Source: Candidatus Helarchaeota ASGARD archaeon Hel_GB_B
Lineage (GTDB): Archaea; Asgardarchaeota; Lokiarchaeia; Helarchaeales; HEL-GB-B
Length of the DNA: 25,323 nt
NCBI GenBank assembly: GCA_005191425.1
Contig: SUPR01000048.1
Coordinates: 1-25,323 of the forward strand
Reading direction: 5' to 3'
Made by a program: the position numbers and the translations under genes. Shown here in pieces: positions 1 through 9,330 of the stretch (its first letter is position 1; each line of letters starts with the position of its first letter). A model generated the notes under the pieces. It was not told the origin of the DNA, made no database searches, and saw nothing but the letters and a program-made list of their open reading frames with translations.

Positions 1-167
1 AAATCTATACAAACAATTAAACAAGTTAAATTATTAATTTTAATTCCTATTTCTATTATATTCCAATCTTGAGATAATTCCTTTCTTAATTTTAACATTT
101 GACTTTTAAATTATATTTTCTAAAAAAGGAGTAAAATTTGAATGAATATTTGGAATCAAAGATATAA

Positions 168-527
168 TCAAGATTGTTTTTCTGAGCCTGCTGTTAGGCC
201 AATTACTCCACCAATAGCAATAAGGATAATATCAAATAGCCAAGTAGTTGTGAGCCATCTAGAATATCCAGGAACGACCCACGGGGTAAACATTCCAATT
301 ATAATCATGCCAGCAACAATTAATGTGAGAATACCGACTTTTGTGTTATCTAGCAAGAGAAAAATACCATCAATAGTTGCAATAATAAATATAGATAATT
401 AATAAAGCAATGGGACAAGTTTTAGCTCAGCATATGGGAACATATATAAAGATACCACAAATATGAAAAAAAATCCACTGCCTATAAGGTCTATAATTCC
501 CCCAACTATTCTAAGTGTTTTTGTCAT
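168..527 (-). pseudogene. Small ~4-TM membrane protein (119 codons) interrupted by one in-frame TAA
   Basis: Manual translation from ATG at 527: MTKTLRIVGGIIDLIGSGFFFIFVVSLYMFPYAELKLVPLLY*LSIFIIATIDGIFLLLDNTKVG...IGGVIGLTAGSEKQS*. The only break is TAA at 399-401; the tracked ORF 168..356 is its 3' half. Confidence 0.7.
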
Positions 528-609
528 TTTATTATATACCTTAATTTATTCTTATATTTAAAAAATTTGGATCGTAAAAATGATCTTTTCCGACAAAAAA
601 TACATACAA

Positions 610-913
610 ATGAATGAATTAAATTCTTCCTATAAGATAAGAAATTTTGATGAATATAGAAAATTTGGATAAATCACCCAAATCAATATACGCGAAATGG
701 ACTGATAATAAAAAATTAAAGTGCCCGATATATGGTATTAATATAAAATATATATAAAATGATGATGGTAAGAGAGTATTCGCTTTATATGATATTATTA
801 AATTATATACTTGTTATTATTCTTGTGTCAATGGAAATTACGATTATAATGATCCTCATACTCTTCCACAATCAATAATACACCTTTATAAACATTTTGG
901 ATTGGACATTTGA
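610..913 (+). pseudogene. Possible decayed small ORF
   Basis: ATG at 610 closes at 670-672. The +1 frame from 668 reads DKSPKSIYAKWTDNKKLKCPIYGINIKYI*NDDGKRVFALYDIIKLYTCYYSC...HFGLDI* with one internal TAA (755-757). Protein-like, but no family recognised. Confidence 0.25.
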
Positions 914-1317
914 TGATTTGTAATTATCAATTACACGTAGATTTTCATAACACGTATAGTCCAATTTCAAGGCATTTATTTCATTATTTTTCAGCTAAAA
1001 TAGCCCAAATACCGTGAAATCTATTATTGAGACACTTCTAGTTGCAAATTCGAATCACGCAACTGAGGAAACTAAGAGGCTTGCTAAGAAAAATGGTAAG
1101 ATATTTCTAATGATGGTCGGGTAAATACTAGGCAAAAAAGGACATTCATTATTGATATTTATTGATATCTTGACTAATAGAATATTATAAATGAAGTATC
1201 TGGAATCTATAAATTCTAGAAGACTATCTAAAATAATAATAAAATTCAGAAAAAGTGTAATATACCAAAAAAGCAGAGATATCAGACCATCAAAATAAGA
1301 GAAAATTTCTTTATTTG

Positions 1318-1761
1318 TTATGTTTTCCAAATCTCAAAATTTTCTTTTATGAAGTCAATGTCATCAAATAAATATATTCTTGATAATGCAGGCTTTATTT
1401 CACCAATCATTTCAAAATCTTTGTGCCCGTTCTTTTTGTTTATTTTTTCATATATCAATATTTTTGGAATTTGTTTGTTTTTTATCTTCAAATTGCTATT
1501 TATTTTGTTCATTTTATTATTTTTGGATTTTCTTGATAAATTTGTAATAATTCCAATTCTATAGAAAACATGTCCTGCGTGCTTCATAAGACATTTTAAT
1601 TTATAACACAATAATTTTTTATGTTTTACACAATAATATACATAATCTCCACTATTTAATTCATTTTTACACGACATACACCGTAAATCTATGTTTTTAA
1701 CAAATATTTTATCGTTTAAATAAATCCTGATTTGATATTTGTCATTTTTAATTGTTTTCAT
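1318..1761 (-). CDS. B-box-like zinc-finger protein
   Basis: CMSC-x12-CVKH-x4-C-x4-C-x3-H-x2-H (CMSCKNELNSGDYVYYCVKHKKLLCYKLKCLMKHAGH): eight potential Zn ligands ending in HxxH. Starts 25 bp downstream of the 1787..2320 gene on the same strand. Confidence 0.65.
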   Translation of the reverse strand: MKTIKNDKYQIRIYLNDKIFVKNIDLRCMSCKNELNSGDYVYYCVKHKKLLCYKLKCLMKHAGHVFYRIGIITNLSRKSKNNKMNKINSNLKIKNKQIPKILIYEKINKKNGHKDFEMIGEIKPALSRIYLFDDIDFIKENFEIWKT

Positions 1762-1786
1762 TTTTTAAACACAAACTGAAAATTAT

Positions 1787-2320
1787 TTAAATAAAAGCAA
1801 ATAATATTGCCATTATAAATAAAAATACTATTCCAATTGTTATACCAAGCAGAGCTATTGTTAACCATTTTAATTTTTTATTATTAATTTCCCAATTATT
1901 GATTAAGCTATCTGAAAAATTTTTTATTATTTCTGACCTAAGTTCATTAACTTCTGTATTTAACCAATATTCAATTTGTTTGGCATTTATTAGAATAAAT
2001 GGGCTGTTATATTTTCTAAGTTTAAGTGTAAGCAAAGCACTTATCCCACCAATTATAAAGAATGTTATACTTATTAGAAAAATAATGAGCATTAATATAT
2101 TTTCAAATATGTATGAATTGAGCCAGACACCCGTAATAATGCTCGAGATTATACCAGAAAATCCCAGAACTAAACTCGCTTTATTCTCTAAAGTATCCTG
2201 TCTTTTCTCTTCATAATCATAATAATATTTATAAAATTTAACTAATTCTAAAAATGTTTCACTGGTTTCTGACTTCATTATCTTATTTAATTTCTTGCCG
2301 TTATTTGATTCAATTATCAT
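1787..2320 (-). CDS. 3-TM membrane protein resembling the Pycsar effector (DUF5706-like) fold
   Basis: EEKRQDTLENKASLVLGFSGII before TM1, a second TM, a soluble helical segment, then NNKKLKWLTIALLGITIG before the last TM. This (D/E)xKA...K-x3-l layout matches my recollection of PycTM-like domains. Confidence 0.6.
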   Translation of the reverse strand: MIIESNNGKKLNKIMKSETSETFLELVKFYKYYYDYEEKRQDTLENKASLVLGFSGIISSIITGVWLNSYIFENILMLIIFLISITFFIIGGISALLTLKLRKYNSPFILINAKQIEYWLNTEVNELRSEIIKNFSDSLINNWEINNKKLKWLTIALLGITIGIVFLFIMAILFAFI

Positions 2321-2407
2321 TTACACACCCAAATAAATATACTTTAAATTCTCATAATAACTATATAGTTATAAAATAATTTTTATAATAATATCTATCA
2401 TAATCAT

Positions 2408-2431
2408 AACTGCAATAAAAACTGCAATAAA
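2408..2431. repeat. Perfect 12-bp tandem repeat (AACTGCAATAAA x2)
   Basis: Read directly at 2408-2419 and 2420-2431. A related near-repeat TATTATTAG(T/A)CTGC lies at 2460-2473 and 2478-2491. Confidence 0.8.
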
Positions 2432-2599
2432 TTTAGTAATATATATTACTTAATGTAATTATTATTAGTCTGCAATATATTATTAGACTGCTAAAAATTC
2501 TTAAAGATCGATTTTAAATGATAAGTTTTCGACTTTAAATTTTTCGGGCTGGAATTTTTATCCTTTTGCTGTCTTAGTCTTGGGAGAGTTTAGGAGACC

Positions 2600-3520
2600 G
2601 CATCACTTGAGATATATTTAACCAGCTCGATACAATCGCAATAGTTAGTATTATAATATATCTTAATAAAACTTCCTTTTCAATATTAGTAAGCCTTACA
2701 ATTTTCTTTATATCTTTTCTATATCGGGATATACTTATCTAAAGTAGTCTATTTTGATAATTTTTTTGCTTTATTTATAGTTTTTATAGTATATTTTTTA
2801 CTTTTTTTTCTCCTTGGGTTTGGTTATCCTACTGCAGTTAAGCTCCTCTTTCAATTTAAAATAGTTGTCTTCACTATTACAACCTGCGATTGCCAGAAGA
2901 TGGCAGGGATATATCTCCATCTCTTTCAATAAATCGATTAATGAGTCCATTAATTTTTGATCCGATTAGTTTACTTTCACGACAATGCAAAAGATACCAA
3001 GTTTGATATCAATATCAGTTATAATATGATCTTTATACCCAAAATATCACCTACCATTATGCTTTGAATAGCCCAAAATAGTATTAGTGTCAGAACAGTT
3101 CTCTCCTCCTTTTGTCGGTGGCCTAGAATATGGTTCGATGGAGAATGAATCCACAGCAAGTTTATTAAAATTCAGGAAACCAGATGACCGTAGTTTGTTA
3201 ATAAACTGTAAATTTATTTGATATAGTATATCAATATTAAGTTCATGAAAGATCTTTTTTAGAGTAGGTGTATGTGGGATTTTATCTGAACCGAGTCCTA
3301 TTATTTTGGTTAAATCTTTATCAAGTTTCAGCTCTGCTACTAAAAAACTGTAATTGTTTGCGTATAATAGGAGCTGACGTATTCATTTGGATAATAATTA
3401 AATTCCATTTCTTATAAGTACTAAAATTACTGGACAATATAATATATGGCAGTCCACTTTATCAATTTTTCCGCTTAAAATGAAGACCTAAAACTGAGTA
3501 TTTTACTCCTTCATGATATT
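2600..3520 (-). mobile_element. Decayed DDE transposase (IS5/IS4-superfamily, DDE_Tnp_1-like) pseudogene; boundaries approximate
   Basis: Minus-strand frame reads FLVAELKLDKDLTKIIGLGSDKIPHTPTLKK...KLAVDSFSIE (first Asp at 3149-3151)...GYSKHNGR*YFGYKDHIITD...N*SDQK...LLAIAGCNSE (eroded DxGYxS). Stops at 3047-3049 and 2966-2968, frameshift near the A8 run at 2802-2809. No intact terminal inverted repeats found. Confidence 0.8.
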
Positions 3521-3849
3521 AATATTTACTATCCTTCATTATATCACTAAAACCCCTTATAGTCCCTGTAGTCCCTATAGGTATATTAATACTAAAAAAT
3601 ATTTCCGAACATTAAATTCTCTGAAAAAAGAATGAAATTATTTATATATTATTATTGTATAAAAGATTTTGAAAAATCTCGAAATAAAAAAAATTTAAAT
3701 AAAACATGAAACATTAATAAAACGATTATAGAATTAAAAAGAGATAAAATTTAATATCAGACGGGATTTGTAAAAATTTAGTAATATATAGATTATCAAT
3801 ATAAATAAGTTTAGAATATTTTGTAATATTATATGTATCTCTATTTCGG

Positions 3850-5052
3850 TTGAAGAAGATTAAAAAAATCAATTTTATAATATCAGGAATTATATGGTTA
3901 ATGTTAACATTAAACATGTCGAATATATTTTTAGGAGTCTATATTTTTAATATACACCCTACAAATAAACCATCAACAAATTTTGACGTCTATCAAATGA
4001 ATTATTACATAGAACCGTATCAAAAAGTTTGGAATATTAAATATTCAGGTGGAATAAACGGGATCACGTGGGAGCTGGCTGATTGGTATAATCCTGATTT
4101 TGTATATGGTCCAATAGAGGAAAATCATTGTCGATATGCTAATGGGTCGAGAATTTTAATTACTAGTAATCAATTCACTATAGATTATAACACAGATGTC
4201 TTCTTAATTAATGAATCTGAATCCGTCATAAAACAACATTTTCAAATAATATTTGTGTATTACGGAGTAGATAATACGTGGCACAATAATGGAATGGATT
4301 TTCGCGGATATTATATAACTACTGGAAATAATAAGACAAGTGATACGGTATTGGATGATGGAGATGGTGCTTCTTTTGTCAAAGCTACGTTTCAATATAC
4401 TAATATAAATTATACTATAACAACTGAATACACATTACTTAATTGGAATGTCAGCGTCTCGGATTACAAATTAGTTGAGAAAAATAATAATAGTCCACAT
4501 TATGGCTCAGAAATTGAAATGTCAATTTTAATCGTTTATCAAGTAAATATAACGTCTGATCAAGTCGAAATAAATACTGATTGGTATATTGATTTTTTAA
4601 ATTGGACTTTAATTAATACGCCAGAAAACTTATTTCTATCTACAAATCGAGTATATACTTGTAATAATGTTGGAGATTTAAACAACGAGGAACGAATTGG
4701 AATGTTTACGAATGGTGGAATTACGACCTCAACTTTTCGACTTGAAAATGATTATAACTTAATCTATAATGATTCGAGCTCCAAGGATTTTAACGTATCT
4801 TCACTAATTGAGAATGATGGCACTTCCAATGGTCTGCCTGAAAATAATTATTGGCATTTTATACTTTGGTTCGAAGGACTTGGTGATAACGTGTCTAAAC
4901 TTGAATATGACCCGATTATCACTTTATACATAAAAAATATGCAAAATATGCCGATGAATTGGCTATTTATTACCGTCCTATCTATTTCAATTACAAGTGT
5001 TATTGGTGTTGTTGTAATTGTCCTCTGGAAAAAAAATTGGTTAAGAAAATAA
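3850..5052 (+). CDS. Type I membrane / cell-surface glycoprotein of unknown function
   Basis: Basic N-terminus plus hydrophobic signal segment, Asn/Thr/Tyr-rich beta-type ectodomain with about a dozen N-x-S/T sequons, LEYDPII motif, C-terminal TM (WLFITVLSISITSVIGVVVIVLW) and short basic tail. TTG start. Confidence 0.85.
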   Translation: MKKIKKINFIISGIIWLMLTLNMSNIFLGVYIFNIHPTNKPSTNFDVYQMNYYIEPYQKVWNIKYSGGINGITWELADWYNPDFVYGPIEENHCRYANGSRILITSNQFTIDYNTDVFLINESESVIKQHFQIIFVYYGVDNTWHNNGMDFRGYYITTGNNKTSDTVLDDGDGASFVKATFQYTNINYTITTEYTLLNWNVSVSDYKLVEKNNNSPHYGSEIEMSILIVYQVNITSDQVEINTDWYIDFLNWTLINTPENLFLSTNRVYTCNNVGDLNNEERIGMFTNGGITTSTFRLENDYNLIYNDSSSKDFNVSSLIENDGTSNGLPENNYWHFILWFEGLGDNVSKLEYDPIITLYIKNMQNMPMNWLFITVLSISITSVIGVVVIVLWKKNWLRK

Positions 5053-5064
5053 CCATTTTAAAAA

Positions 5065-5700
5065 CTATAAAATTAAATTTATGAATCTTCTAAAGATTTC
5101 TCGGGCCTTATAGAAATTCCCAAAGCCATCTAATTCATTAAATTAGCCACTAAATCTTTTGAGTTTATATTTCCGTTATCTTTCTATGAATGTTTCGGTA
5201 ATACCCTTTTTAGAATATTGATCCACTTGATGTTTCCATTTTTCAAATTATTCATTATATGTGGTGAGCTACTTTCTGTACACGTCATAGATCATATTAC
5301 AAAAACAATTATGCGATTAAATTTCATGAGTAATTTTTTGATTACTTCGTATACTCTTTTTTTAAGGTATCAATTTCTTGTAGTGATTTAATAATTACTT
5401 CTGAAGTATTAAATACAGCATTAATACGACATTATTCTACGAAATTGAATTAGTCTGAAATGCAGAGCCCTCAATATAATAACGCCCTTATCCTCAAAAG
5501 TATTAAGAGGATATTCCTTCATATTATCAATAAAATGTTCAGCATTTTTAGCGAATCAAGAGAATGTAGCCCTATTTTGATTAGCTAAATTTTGGAAGAA
5601 ATGCATAGTTTTATAATAAAGTATGTATTTTATTCTAAAAATTCATTTTGATTCTTAAATTAATTGATACATCGTTTGCAATATCTGTTTCATACCCTAA
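5065..5700 (-). pseudogene. Heavily decayed gene, possibly a transposase remnant; 5' boundary uncertain
   Basis: Minus-strand fragments with many stops, ending IYDVYRK*...KHQVDQYSKKGITETFIER*RKYKLKRFSG*FNELDGFGNFYKAREIFRRFINLIL*. Loosely resembles the C-terminal IE..KR..G pattern of IS1595/IS6-type transposases. Confidence 0.3.
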
Positions 5701-5890
5701 AGTATCATAAAGGCACGAGGATTGTTTTTTAGGATCTTTATTTAGTGGAGTTTGCTGTTAAGAAAAAAAAATTGTTTAACAAGTAAATCAATTATATATA
5801 TCAAAAGAGAATTTTAATATAAGAAATGAACCAAGATATAAAACAAGAAATGAAGAAATTTTATTAAAATAAAAAAGCGGGGTTTAAAGG

Positions 5891-6529
5891 ATGCAAAAGG
5901 CAAAAATCTGCCCTGTTTGTGGAAAGAAGTTGATGAATCCGAATTCAAAGAGGCATATCAATTCAAAATATCATCAAGATGCTTTAAAAAAGAAAAAAAG
6001 GTTAGAAATTAAAGTTGGACAGAAGACGGTAAGCAAAAAAGTAGTATCAGATAAAGTATCTACTTTAGATAAAACATCTCAAATAAGATTAGAAATAAAC
6101 GAAATAAAAAATCAATTAGTTCAATTTATTAATACGCTAAATCAGTCAATAAATTATTATAATAAAAAGATAGAAGCGTTTAGTAAAAGTATTATTGATA
6201 TAAATTCGCGTATTTATCGAATTGAGGATTATCTTAAATTAAAACCATTGAAATCCAATAAAAAGAGCATTTTTATCAATAAGAATCAATTAATTAAAAT
6301 TATGAAAGAGATTGCAAAAAAGGATGAGGGAAAATACATAACATTTTATGATTTAAGAGAATATATTAGGGACAGATATAATGTAGAAAACGAGAATTGG
6401 GAAGATTTAATCGAGAAATTGAGAGACGAGGGAAAAATTCAATTTTCAAAGGGTGCCAAGTCTAACGATATGGACGAAGGATATAAAGACAGTTTTAATA
6501 AAGTATATTATTATTTTAAATTAAATTAA
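5891..6529 (+). CDS. C2H2 (U1/matrin-like) zinc finger - coiled coil - winged-helix protein
   Basis: C7-x2-C10-x11-H22-x5-H28 (CPVCGKKLMNPNSKRHINSKYH). Heptad-like segment IRLEINEIKNQLVQF...RIYRIEDYL. C-terminal wHTH-like segment ITFYDLREYIRDRYNVENENWEDLIEKLRDEGKIQF...VYYYFKL. Confidence 0.85.
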   Translation: MQKAKICPVCGKKLMNPNSKRHINSKYHQDALKKKKRLEIKVGQKTVSKKVVSDKVSTLDKTSQIRLEINEIKNQLVQFINTLNQSINYYNKKIEAFSKSIIDINSRIYRIEDYLKLKPLKSNKKSIFINKNQLIKIMKEIAKKDEGKYITFYDLREYIRDRYNVENENWEDLIEKLRDEGKIQFSKGAKSNDMDEGYKDSFNKVYYYFKLN

Positions 6530-6544
6530 ACGAGTAATGAGAAA

Positions 6545-9082
6545 ATGAGCAATGAGTATAACTTGGATAAGTTAATTTTGAAGTATCAAGATAAAAACCC
6601 CTTTCCAACAAATGTAATTACCAAGAAAGGAACGAATTTAAGGGTATTTATCGGCAGACAGGTGGAGATGAAGGAGATAGGTAGGGTTTTCAAAAAGATT
6701 TCAGATGAGAGAGGTATTTGTAAAGTAATTATTATTGAAGGGGAAAGCGGAGTGGGGAAATCTACATTATTCAAACGAATATGTGATTTCATAAAGGTAA
6801 ATGATTTAAAAGATTTAGATTTGAATAATTTTAAAATAAACATAGCTTGGATAGAAGCCCCGCAAGATTCAAGCAAATTTACGTTCGAGTATATTTATAT
6901 GTATTCAATTCAGGGGTTCTCAGAACCACCTGCAGATATGGGATCAGATATAATAAAAAGAACCGTAAAATATTTACATGAAGGAGCAATATATTACACA
7001 TTTAATTCGGAGGAAAGAAAGTTTGTAGACGTATTATACTCTTACTTTTTTCATAGAAAAATGACCCCAACGGAATTTTTTAAACGCGATTATGACATAA
7101 ATGCTACTGATTTTAATTTCAAAAAATTAATTGAATTAATTGGTACCCATAAGCGGACAATTAGGCGATATTTAAAAGATTTTGAGATTGATTACAAATA
7201 TTTTTTAAAGTTTTTAAAAACGGCACACCCAAATAATAAAATTTCAGATGAAGCAAAAGATGATATTGAGGCTGAAATAGTTCATGATAAAAATTTTCTA
7301 AAATCAGAAGAAGATTTCAAAGCAATATTTAAGAACATGATTAATATTTATAAATGGACTTATGATGAATATAATTCGGTAGTAGTTATTGCAATGGACT
7401 CATTCGAGCAATACCGTTTTGAAGATTTTGATCGGATATTCACTTTTTTATTAAATATACGAAATAGCGACCTCAAAAACTTTATCCTCTTTATTATAGG
7501 GACCGATCAATTTTGGAATGATTTTAAGAATTTCCTAGAGGATAAAAAAAGTGGATATATACAATTTCAAGATTTAATTGGGTTGGACCTAAAACTTGAG
7601 CATTTAACTTTTAATGAGACTACCGAAGTTATCAGAAAATATTTAGAATATTATTATAAAGAAATTGGCGGTACTCCTAGCTCTAATCCATTCTATCCCT
7701 TTAATACCAATTCTATTGAATATTTATACAGCAGTTGTGGCGGAAATATCAGAAAAATCTTAATAAAACTCAGAGATGTGTGGGAGTTTTACCTAAAAAA
7801 CAATAAAGTTCCAAAAATCCAAAATAAATTCCAAGCTATGAAAAATTTTAGGGAATCTAGCTCGATCGAACTCTCTTACGCTGAAATTGAGATCCTTTAT
7901 AATTATTTTAATGACCAATCAAATTTTTCAACTTGGGGCACTCGCTCGAGTTTGGTTGAACAAGGAGTTCTCAATATGCTTAATTTTTTTAAAAATCATT
8001 ACCCTGAAATCGCTGAAATACACAAAAATCCTGAAATCATAGTAAGTGGAAGACGAGTTCGCCCAGATATTTATTTTATTCTATTTGGAAATCTAGGAGA
8101 ATCAGAACAGAAAAGAATCGAAATACAAGTCAAAATGTACGAAGAAAAAAGTCCCGTAAAATTAGAGGAAGCTAGCACATCTGTCGATTTACTTCAAAAT
8201 TTCAAATTAGAATACCTTTACTTTTTAACTACATCACCTCTACACTTAATATTAAAACAACGATTAAAAGAATTCGGACAGCGGGTCGGCGGATTTAACC
8301 CCTTAAATAAAGAGCAAATAGCTTACCTCACGCTAATATTACCAAATCATTTTGACCAGATTTTTAAAAGGGAAATAACCCTTGATGATTATCAATATCT
8401 ATTTCAAAAAATCTTTAATTTTTCATTTGACTTTTTTCTTGACTATATGAGATTAATTCCTAAAAATACTGGCATTAGAACGCTTGAAGTAATAATTCCT
8501 GAAACATCGATTAACGAGTTAAGAAGTAAATTTGAAACTATACAAGTTAGTATCCCGCAAGATTTAAGCGTAAATGAACTTGTAAAATCAAAAACAGTAC
8601 CAATAGAAACGACGCAACCACCCAAAATTCCTGCTCAAAATGATCAGTTATTGCCACCTAAACCTATAGAACTTTCATCTATAGATTCTCAATCTTCTAT
8701 TACTACATATTTAAAATCTACTTCTCCAGCCATTGACGATATATTAACCCCATCCACCACGCAGACCTACAACTCTGAACCAACACCCAATACCAACCCA
8801 ACTCTTAAACACGAAAATCTTGAGACTATTATTCCTCAAAATCTCAAAAATGTTGTAATTAGTACTCTTATTAAAATGGCTAATAGAACTGGTAGATATA
8901 AAAATCGAGCTACACTCGCTTGGCTTAAAAAGGAACTGGCTGATGATTTCACTCAAGATAAAATTGGTAATGGATTTAAATGGCTTAAAAATAGCAACCT
9001 AATCAATTTCGAAAAAACCTCCATATATCTAAACGAAAATTCTAAAATTTTAATTGATAAATACAAAAGTCTCGTTAAATAA
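6545..9082 (+). CDS. P-loop AAA+/STAND-like ATPase fused to an Mrr-like PD-(D/E)xK endonuclease and a C-terminal winged helix
   Basis: FIGR pre-motif; Walker A GESGVGKS (aa 66-73, nt 6740-6763); Walker B VVVIAMDSFE (aa 279-288); lid YPF...CGGNIRKIL. Nuclease motifs E472...PD508...EIQVK530 followed by YLYFLTTS. Pro/Thr/Ser-rich linker (~8600-8815). Terminal wHTH-like ATLAWLKKELADDFTQDKIGNGFKWLKNSNLINF. Confidence 0.9.
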   Translation: MSNEYNLDKLILKYQDKNPFPTNVITKKGTNLRVFIGRQVEMKEIGRVFKKISDERGICKVIIIEGESGVGKSTLFKRICDFIKVNDLKDLDLNNFKINIAWIEAPQDSSKFTFEYIYMYSIQGFSEPPADMGSDIIKRTVKYLHEGAIYYTFNSEERKFVDVLYSYFFHRKMTPTEFFKRDYDINATDFNFKKLIELIGTHKRTIRRYLKDFEIDYKYFLKFLKTAHPNNKISDEAKDDIEAEIVHDKNFLKSEEDFKAIFKNMINIYKWTYDEYNSVVVIAMDSFEQYRFEDFDRIFTFLLNIRNSDLKNFILFIIGTDQFWNDFKNFLEDKKSGYIQFQDLIGLDLKLEHLTFNETTEVIRKYLEYYYKEIGGTPSSNPFYPFNTNSIEYLYSSCGGNIRKILIKLRDVWEFYLKNNKVPKIQNKFQAMKNFRESSSIELSYAEIEILYNYFNDQSNFSTWGTRSSLVEQGVLNMLNFFKNHYPEIAEIHKNPEIIVSGRRVRPDIYFILFGNLGESEQKRIEIQVKMYEEKSPVKLEEASTSVDLLQNFKLEYLYFLTTSPLHLILKQRLKEFGQRVGGFNPLNKEQIAYLTLILPNHFDQIFKREITLDDYQYLFQKIFNFSFDFFLDYMRLIPKNTGIRTLEVIIPETSINELRSKFETIQVSIPQDLSVNELVKSKTVPIETTQPPKIPAQNDQLLPPKPIELSSIDSQSSITTYLKSTSPAIDDILTPSTTQTYNSEPTPNTNPTLKHENLETIIPQNLKNVVISTLIKMANRTGRYKNRATLAWLKKELADDFTQDKIGNGFKWLKNSNLINFEKTSIYLNENSKILIDKYKSLVK

Positions 9083-9330
9083 CTAATTAGTCATAAGAAT
9101 TCCTGATAATTTATTTGAACAGAGGAATTAAAACATAATCTTATTTTTTATAAATAATTGAAATTTTGTTGGACGTTTGTTTAAATCGATGTTTCCTTTA
9201 AAATTGTTAATTAGGTACATTTTAATAAATGGTAATTTTTTAATAAATTGTTATTCAAGTCTATCAAAATGTTTGGTCCCATAGGAGCAGTTCATGATAA
9301 ATTAATTTTATGAGCAGGAGAGATATTTAG

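Noticed and set aside
142-402. Tracked + strand 86-aa ORF
   Set aside because: Antisense shadow of the minus-strand membrane gene 168..527.
1014-1330. Minus-strand 91-aa ORF (1055..1330) and a short + strand GTG frame (1014..1124) resembling the tail of an Mrr-like fold
   Set aside because: TTG start and no motif for the first; the second is only 36 aa. Neither can be supported without a search.
2490-3620. Terminal inverted repeats or target-site duplication for the IS, including TAGTCCCT x2 at 3560-3577
   Set aside because: No convincing inverted match between left and right flanks.
5030-5052. ER-retention-like dilysine signal in the tail WKKNWLRK
   Set aside because: The lysines are not at the -3/-4 or -3/-5 positions; an ordinary positive-inside stop-transfer explains it.
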